Origin: Paramoeba atlantica
Lineage: Eukaryota; Protista; Discosea
Assembly (NCBI GenBank): GCA_977017575.1
Contig: CDRNVI010000063.1
Location: 248,001 to 312,000, forward strand
DNA: 64,000 nucleotides
Reading direction: 5' to 3'
Shown: positions 58,401-64,000 of the stretch, piece by piece
How the letters are laid out: each line of letters begins with the position of its first letter
Numbering within the stretch: the first letter of the stretch is position 1
Notes under the pieces: generated by a model
Seen by the model: the letters and a program-made list of their open reading frames with translations, nothing else
Database searches by the model: none
Told to the model about the DNA's origin: nothing
Program-made: the position numbers and the translations under genes

Positions 58401-61400
58401 CTGTTGGAGTTTCTTGAATCATACTTATTCTGAAATATTTAAGAAACTACGACTTGAATTGAATATAAGCTTAGTACTAACGAACAGAACTGTATTACGT
58501 TATTGTGTTATTCTCAAAGTAGAAACTGTTCCCAACAGTGAAATTTTGGCGTCTACCTCATTTAGCACATCCTTTTGGTATCTATATTTTCTTCTTCGCT
58601 CGGCATGTAACTCAGACGCTATGGAAAAAGATATTTTATTTATAAAAGGATTTTCTATAGACGCAAATAAGCAAAATTTCCTGTTGGAGTTTCTTGAATC
58701 ACACTTATTCTGAAATATTTAAGAAACTACGACTTGAATTGAATATAAGCTTAGTACTAACGAACAGAACTGTATTACGTTATTGTGTTATTCTCAAAGT
58801 AGAAACTGTTCCCAACAGTGAAATTTTGGCGTCTACCTCATTTAGCACATCCTTTTGGTATCTATATTTTCTTCTTCGCTCGGCATGTAACTCGGACGCT
58901 ATGGAAAAAGATATTTTATTTATAAAAGGATTTTCTATAGACGCAAATATGCAAAATTTCCTGTTGGAGTTTCTTGAATCACACTTATTCTGAAATATTT
59001 AAGAAACTACGACTTGAATTGAATATAAGCTTAGTACTAACGAACAGAACTGTATTACGTTATTGTGTTATTCTCAAAGTAGAAACTGTTCCCAACAGTG
59101 AAATTTTGGCGTCTACTTCATTTAGCACATCCTTTTGGTATCTATATTTTCTTCTTCGCTCGGCATGTAACTCGGACGCTATGGAAAAAGATATTTTATT
59201 TATAAAAGGATTTTCTATAGACGCAAATATGCAAAATTTCCTGTTGGAGTTTCTTGAATCATACTTATTCTGAAATATTTAAGAAACTACGACTTGAATT
59301 GAATATAAGCTTAGTACTAACGAACAGAACTGTATTACGTTATTGTGTTATTCTCAAAGTAGAAACTGTTCCCAACAGTGAAATTTTGGCGTCTACCTCA
59401 TTTAGCACATCCTTTTGGTGTCTATATTTTCTTCTTCGCTCGGCATGTAACTCGGACGCTATGGAAAAAGATATTTTATTTATAAAAGGATTTTCTATAG
59501 ACGCAAATATGCAAAATTTCCTGTTGGAGTTTCTTGAATCATACTTATTCTGAAATATTTAAGAAACTACGACTTGAATTGAATATAAGCTTAGTACTAA
59601 CGAACAGAACTGTATTACGTTATTGTGTTATTCTCAAAGTAGAAACTGTTCCCAACAGTGAAATTTTGGCGTCTACCTCATTTAGCACATCCTTTTGGTA
59701 TCTATATTTTCTTCTTCGCTCGGCATGTAACTCGGACGCTATGGAAAAAGATATTTTATTTATAAAAGGATTTTCTATAGACGCAAATATGCAAAATTTC
59801 CTGTTGGAGTTTCTTGAATCATACTTATTCTGAAATATTTAAGAAACTACGACTTGAATTGAATATAAGCTTAGTACTAACGAACAGAACTGTATTACGT
59901 TATTGTGTTATTCTCAAAGTAGAAACTGTTCCCAACAGTGAAATTTTGGCGTCTACCTCATTTAGCACATCCTTTTGGTGTCTATATTTTCTTCTTCGCT
60001 CGGCATGTAACTCGGACGCTATGGAAAAAGATATTTTATTTATAAAAGGATTTTCTATAGACGCAAATATGCAAAATTTCCTGTTGGAGTTTCTTGAATC
60101 ATACTTATTCTGAAATATTTAAGAAACTACGACTTGAATTGAATATAAGCTTAGTACTAACGAACAGAACTGTATTACGTTATTGTGTTATTCTCAAAGT
60201 AGAAACTGTTCCCAACAGTGAAATTTTGGCGTCTACCTCATTTAGCACATCCTTTTGGTATCTATATTTTCTTCTTCGCTCGGCATGTAACTCAGACGCT
60301 ATGGAAAAAGATATTTTATTTATAAAAGGATTTTCTATAGACGCAAATAAGCAAAATTTCCTGTTGGAGTTTCTTGAATCACACTTATTCTGAAATATTT
60401 AAGAAACTACGACTTGAATTGAATATAAGCTTAGTACTAACGAACAGAACTGTATTACGTTATTGTGTTATTCTCAAAGTAGAAACTGTTCCCAACAGTG
60501 AAATTTTGGCGTCTACCTCATTTAGCACATCCTTTTGGTATCTATATTTTCTTCTTCGCTCGGCATGTAACTCGGACGCTATGGAAAAAGATATTTTATT
60601 TATAAAAGGATTTTCTATAGACGCAAATATGCAAAATTTCCTGTTGGAGTTTCTTGAATCACACTTATTCTGAAATATTTAAGAAACTACGACTTGAATT
60701 GAATATAAGCTTAGTACTAACGAACAGAACTGTATTACGTTATTGTGTTATTCTCAAAGTAGAAACTGTTCCCAACAGTGAAATTTTGGCGTCTACTTCA
60801 TTTAGCACATCCTTTTGGTATCTATATTTTCTTCTTCGCTCGGCATGTAACTCGGACGCTATGGAAAAAGATATTTTATTTATAAAAGGATTTTCTATAG
60901 ACGCAAATAAGCAAAATTTCCTGTTGGAGTTTCTTGAATCACACTTATTCTGAAATATTTAAGAAACTACGACTTGAATTGAATATAAGCTTAGTACTAA
61001 CGAACAGAACTGTATTACGTTATTGTGTTATTCTCAAAGTAGAAACTGTTCCCAACAGTGAAATTTTGGCGTCTACCTCATTTAGCACATCCTTTTGGTA
61101 TCTATATTTTCTTCTTCGCTCGGCATGTAACTCGGACGCTATGGAAAAAGATATTTTATTTATAAAAGGATTTTCTATAGACGCAAATATGCAAAATTTC
61201 CTGTTGGAGTTTCTTGAATCATACTTATTCTGAAATATTTAAGAAACTACGACTTGAATTGAATATAAGCTTAGTACTAACGAACAGAACTGTATTACGT
61301 TATTGTGTTATTCTCAAAGTAGAAACTGTTCCCAACAGTGAAATTTTGGCGTCTACCTCATTTAGCACATCCTTTTGGTATCTATATTTTCTTCTTCGCT

Positions 61401-64000
61401 CGGCATGTAACTCGGACGCTATGGAAAAAGATATTTTATTTATAAAAGGATTTTCTATAGACGCAAATAAGCAAAATCTCCTTTTGGAGTTTCTTGAATC
61501 ACACTTATTCTGAAATATTTAAGAAACTACGACTTGAATTGAATATAAGCTTAGTACTAACGAACAGAACTGTATTACGTTATTGTGTTATTCTCAAAGT
61601 AGAAACTGTTCCCAACAGTGAAATTTTGGCGTCTACTACATTTAGCACATCCTTTTGGTATCTATATTTTCTTCTTCGCTCGGCATGTAACTCGGACGCT
61701 ATGGAAAAAGATATTTTATTTATAAAAGGATTTTCTATAGACGCAAATAAGCAAAATCTCCTTTTGGAGTTTCTTGAATCACACTTATTCTGAAATATTT
61801 AAGAAACTACGACTTGAATTGAATATAAGCTTAGTACTAACGAACAGAACTGTATTACGTTATTGTGTTATTCTCAAAGTAGAAACTGTTCCCAACAGTG
61901 AAATTTTGGCGTCTACTTCATTTAGCACATCCTTTTGGTATCTATATTTTCTTCTTCGCTCGGCATGTAACTCGGACGCTATGGAAAAAGATATTTTATT
62001 TATAAAAGGATTTTCTATAGACGCAAATATGCAAAATTTCCTGTTGGAGTTTCTTGAATCATACTTATTCTGAAATATTTAAGAAACTACGACTTGAATT
62101 GAATATAAGCTTAGTACTAACGAACAGAACTGTATTACGTTATTGTGTTATTCTCAAAGTAGAAACTGTTCCCAACAGCGAAATTTTGGCGTCTACTTCA
62201 TTTAGCACATCCTTTTGGTATCTATATTTTCTTCTTCGCTCGGCATGTAACTCGGACGCTATGGAAAAAGATATTTTATTTATAAAAGGATTTTCTATAG
62301 ACGCAAATAAGCAAAATCTCCTTTTGGAGTTTCTTGAATCACACTTATTCTGAAATATTTAAGAAACTACGACTTGAATTGAATATAAGCTTAGTACTAA
62401 CGAACAGAAATGTATTACGTTATTGTGTTATTCTCAAAGTAGAAACTGTTCCCAACAGTGAAATTTTGGCGTCTACCTCATTTAGCACATCCTTTTGGTA
62501 TCTATATTTTCTTCTTCGCTCGGCATGTAACTCGGACGCTATGGAAAAAGATATTTTATTTATAAAAGGATTTTCTATAGACGCAAATATGCAAAATTTC
62601 CTGTTGGAGTTTCTTGAATCATACTTATTCTGAAATATTTAAGAAACTAGGACTTGAATTGAATATAAGCTTAGTACTAACGAACAGAACTGTATTACGT
62701 TATTGTGTTATTCTCAAAGTAGAAACTGTTCCCAACAGTGAAATTTTGGCGTCTACCTCATTTAGCACATCCTTTTGGTATCTATATTTTCTTCTTCGCT
62801 CGGCATGTAACTCGGACGCTATGGAAAAAGATATTTTATTTATAAAAGGATTTTCTATAGACGCAAATATGCAAAATTTCCTGTTGGAGTTTCTTGAATC
62901 ATACTTATTCTGAAACATTTAAGAAACTACGACTTGAATTGAATATAAGCTTAGTACTAACGAACAGAACTGTATTACGTTATTGTGTTATTCTCAAAGT
63001 AGAAACTGTTCCCAACAGTGAAATTTTGGCGTCTACCTCATTTAGCACATCCTTTTGGTATCTATATTTTCTTCTTCGCTCGGCATGTAACTCGGACGCT
63101 ATGGAAAAAGATATTTTATTTATAAAAGGATTTTCTATAGACGCAAATATGCAAAATTTCCTGTTGGAGTTTCTTGAATCATACTTATTCTGAAATATTT
63201 AAGAAACTACGACTTGAATTGAATATAAGCTTAGTACTAACGAACAGAACTGTATTACGTTATTGTGTTATTCTCAAAGTAGAAACTGTTCCCAACAGTG
63301 AAATTTTGGCGTCTACCTCATTTAGCACATCCTTTTGGTATCTATATTTTCTTCTTCGCTCGGCATGTAACTCGGACGCTATGGAAAAAGATATTTTATT
63401 TATAAAAGGATTTTCTATAGACGCAAATATGCAAAATTTCCTGTTGGAGTTTCTTGAATCATACTTATTCTGAAATATTTAAGAAACTACGACTTGAATT
63501 GAATATAAGCTTAGTACTAACGAACAGAACTGTATTACGTTATTGTGTTATTCTCAAAGTAGAAACTGTTCCCAACAGTGAAATTTTGGCGTCTACCTCA
63601 TTTAGCACATCCTTTTGGTATCTATATTTTCTTCTTCGCTCGGCATGTAACTCGGACGCTATGGAAAAAGATATTTTATTTATAAAAGGATTTTCTATAG
63701 ACGCAAATATGCAAAATTTCCTGTTGGAGTTTCTTGAATCATACTTATTCTGAAATATTTAAGAAACTACGACTTGAATTGAATATAAGCTTAGTACTAA
63801 CGAACAGAACTGTATTACGTTATTGTGTTATTCTCAAAGTAGAAACTGTTCCCAACAGTGAAATTTTGGCGTCTACCTCATTTAGCACATCCTTTTGGTA
63901 TCTATATTTTCTTCTTCGCTCGGCATGTAACTCAGACGCTATGGAAAAAGATATTTTATTTATAAAAGGATTTTCTATAGACGCAAATAAGCAAAATTTC
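37421..64000. repeat. 280-bp AT-rich tandem satellite, ~95 copies, running off the window end
   Basis: Exact 280-bp period; ~68% AT by hand count of one monomer; few recurrent variant sites. Confidence 0.99.

Noticed and set aside
37459-63753. ~95 tandem '99-aa genes' (MNHTYSEIFKK...)
   Set aside because: Produced by the 280-bp period; TTG starts, 20-nt overlaps and no domain. Treated as satellite, not CDS.
37421-64000. CRISPR array or rRNA/5S repeat
   Set aside because: No unique spacers, eukaryotic context, and no resemblance to 5S or other rRNA sequence.

Overview
Eukaryotic, intron-less DNA with kinetoplastid-like organisation. A Perkinsela/prokinetoplastid-like lineage is my guess, not demonstrated. 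About 18 host genes between 195 and 32400 all lie on the minus strand, like one polycistronic cluster: two LRR proteins, CSB/Rad26, beta-COP, a MORN protein, AMPK-beta, MPP-beta, RPN1, a thioredoxin-like protein, RPS13, BUD23, a Ulp1/SENP protease, RPS21, eIF6, a Spinster-type MFS transporter, a rhodanese-like protein and two hypotheticals. Three DNA-transposon relics are interspersed: a full-length Merlin/IS1595-like element with TIRs and an exact 8-bp TSD, a 53-bp mini-Merlin, and a pogo-like transposase remnant. From 37421 to the window end runs a ~68% AT, 280-bp satellite (~95 copies) with higher-order structure. A 4.8-kb tyrosine-recombinase (YR) retrotransposon (gag / YR / RT-RNase H, VIPER/TATE/DIRS-like) sits inside the first monomer of this satellite, flanked by a 33-bp direct repeat of satellite sequence. 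The YR and Pol frames appear to overlap for ~2.3 kb. Both seem to hang off gag by recoding: an A_AAA_AAC -1 slippery site with a 9-bp stem for Pol, and a UGA-CGG readthrough context with a stem-loop for YR. This copy carries a 1-nt frame lesion and an in-frame TAA in RT, so the 933-aa ORF in the track is probably a chimera.
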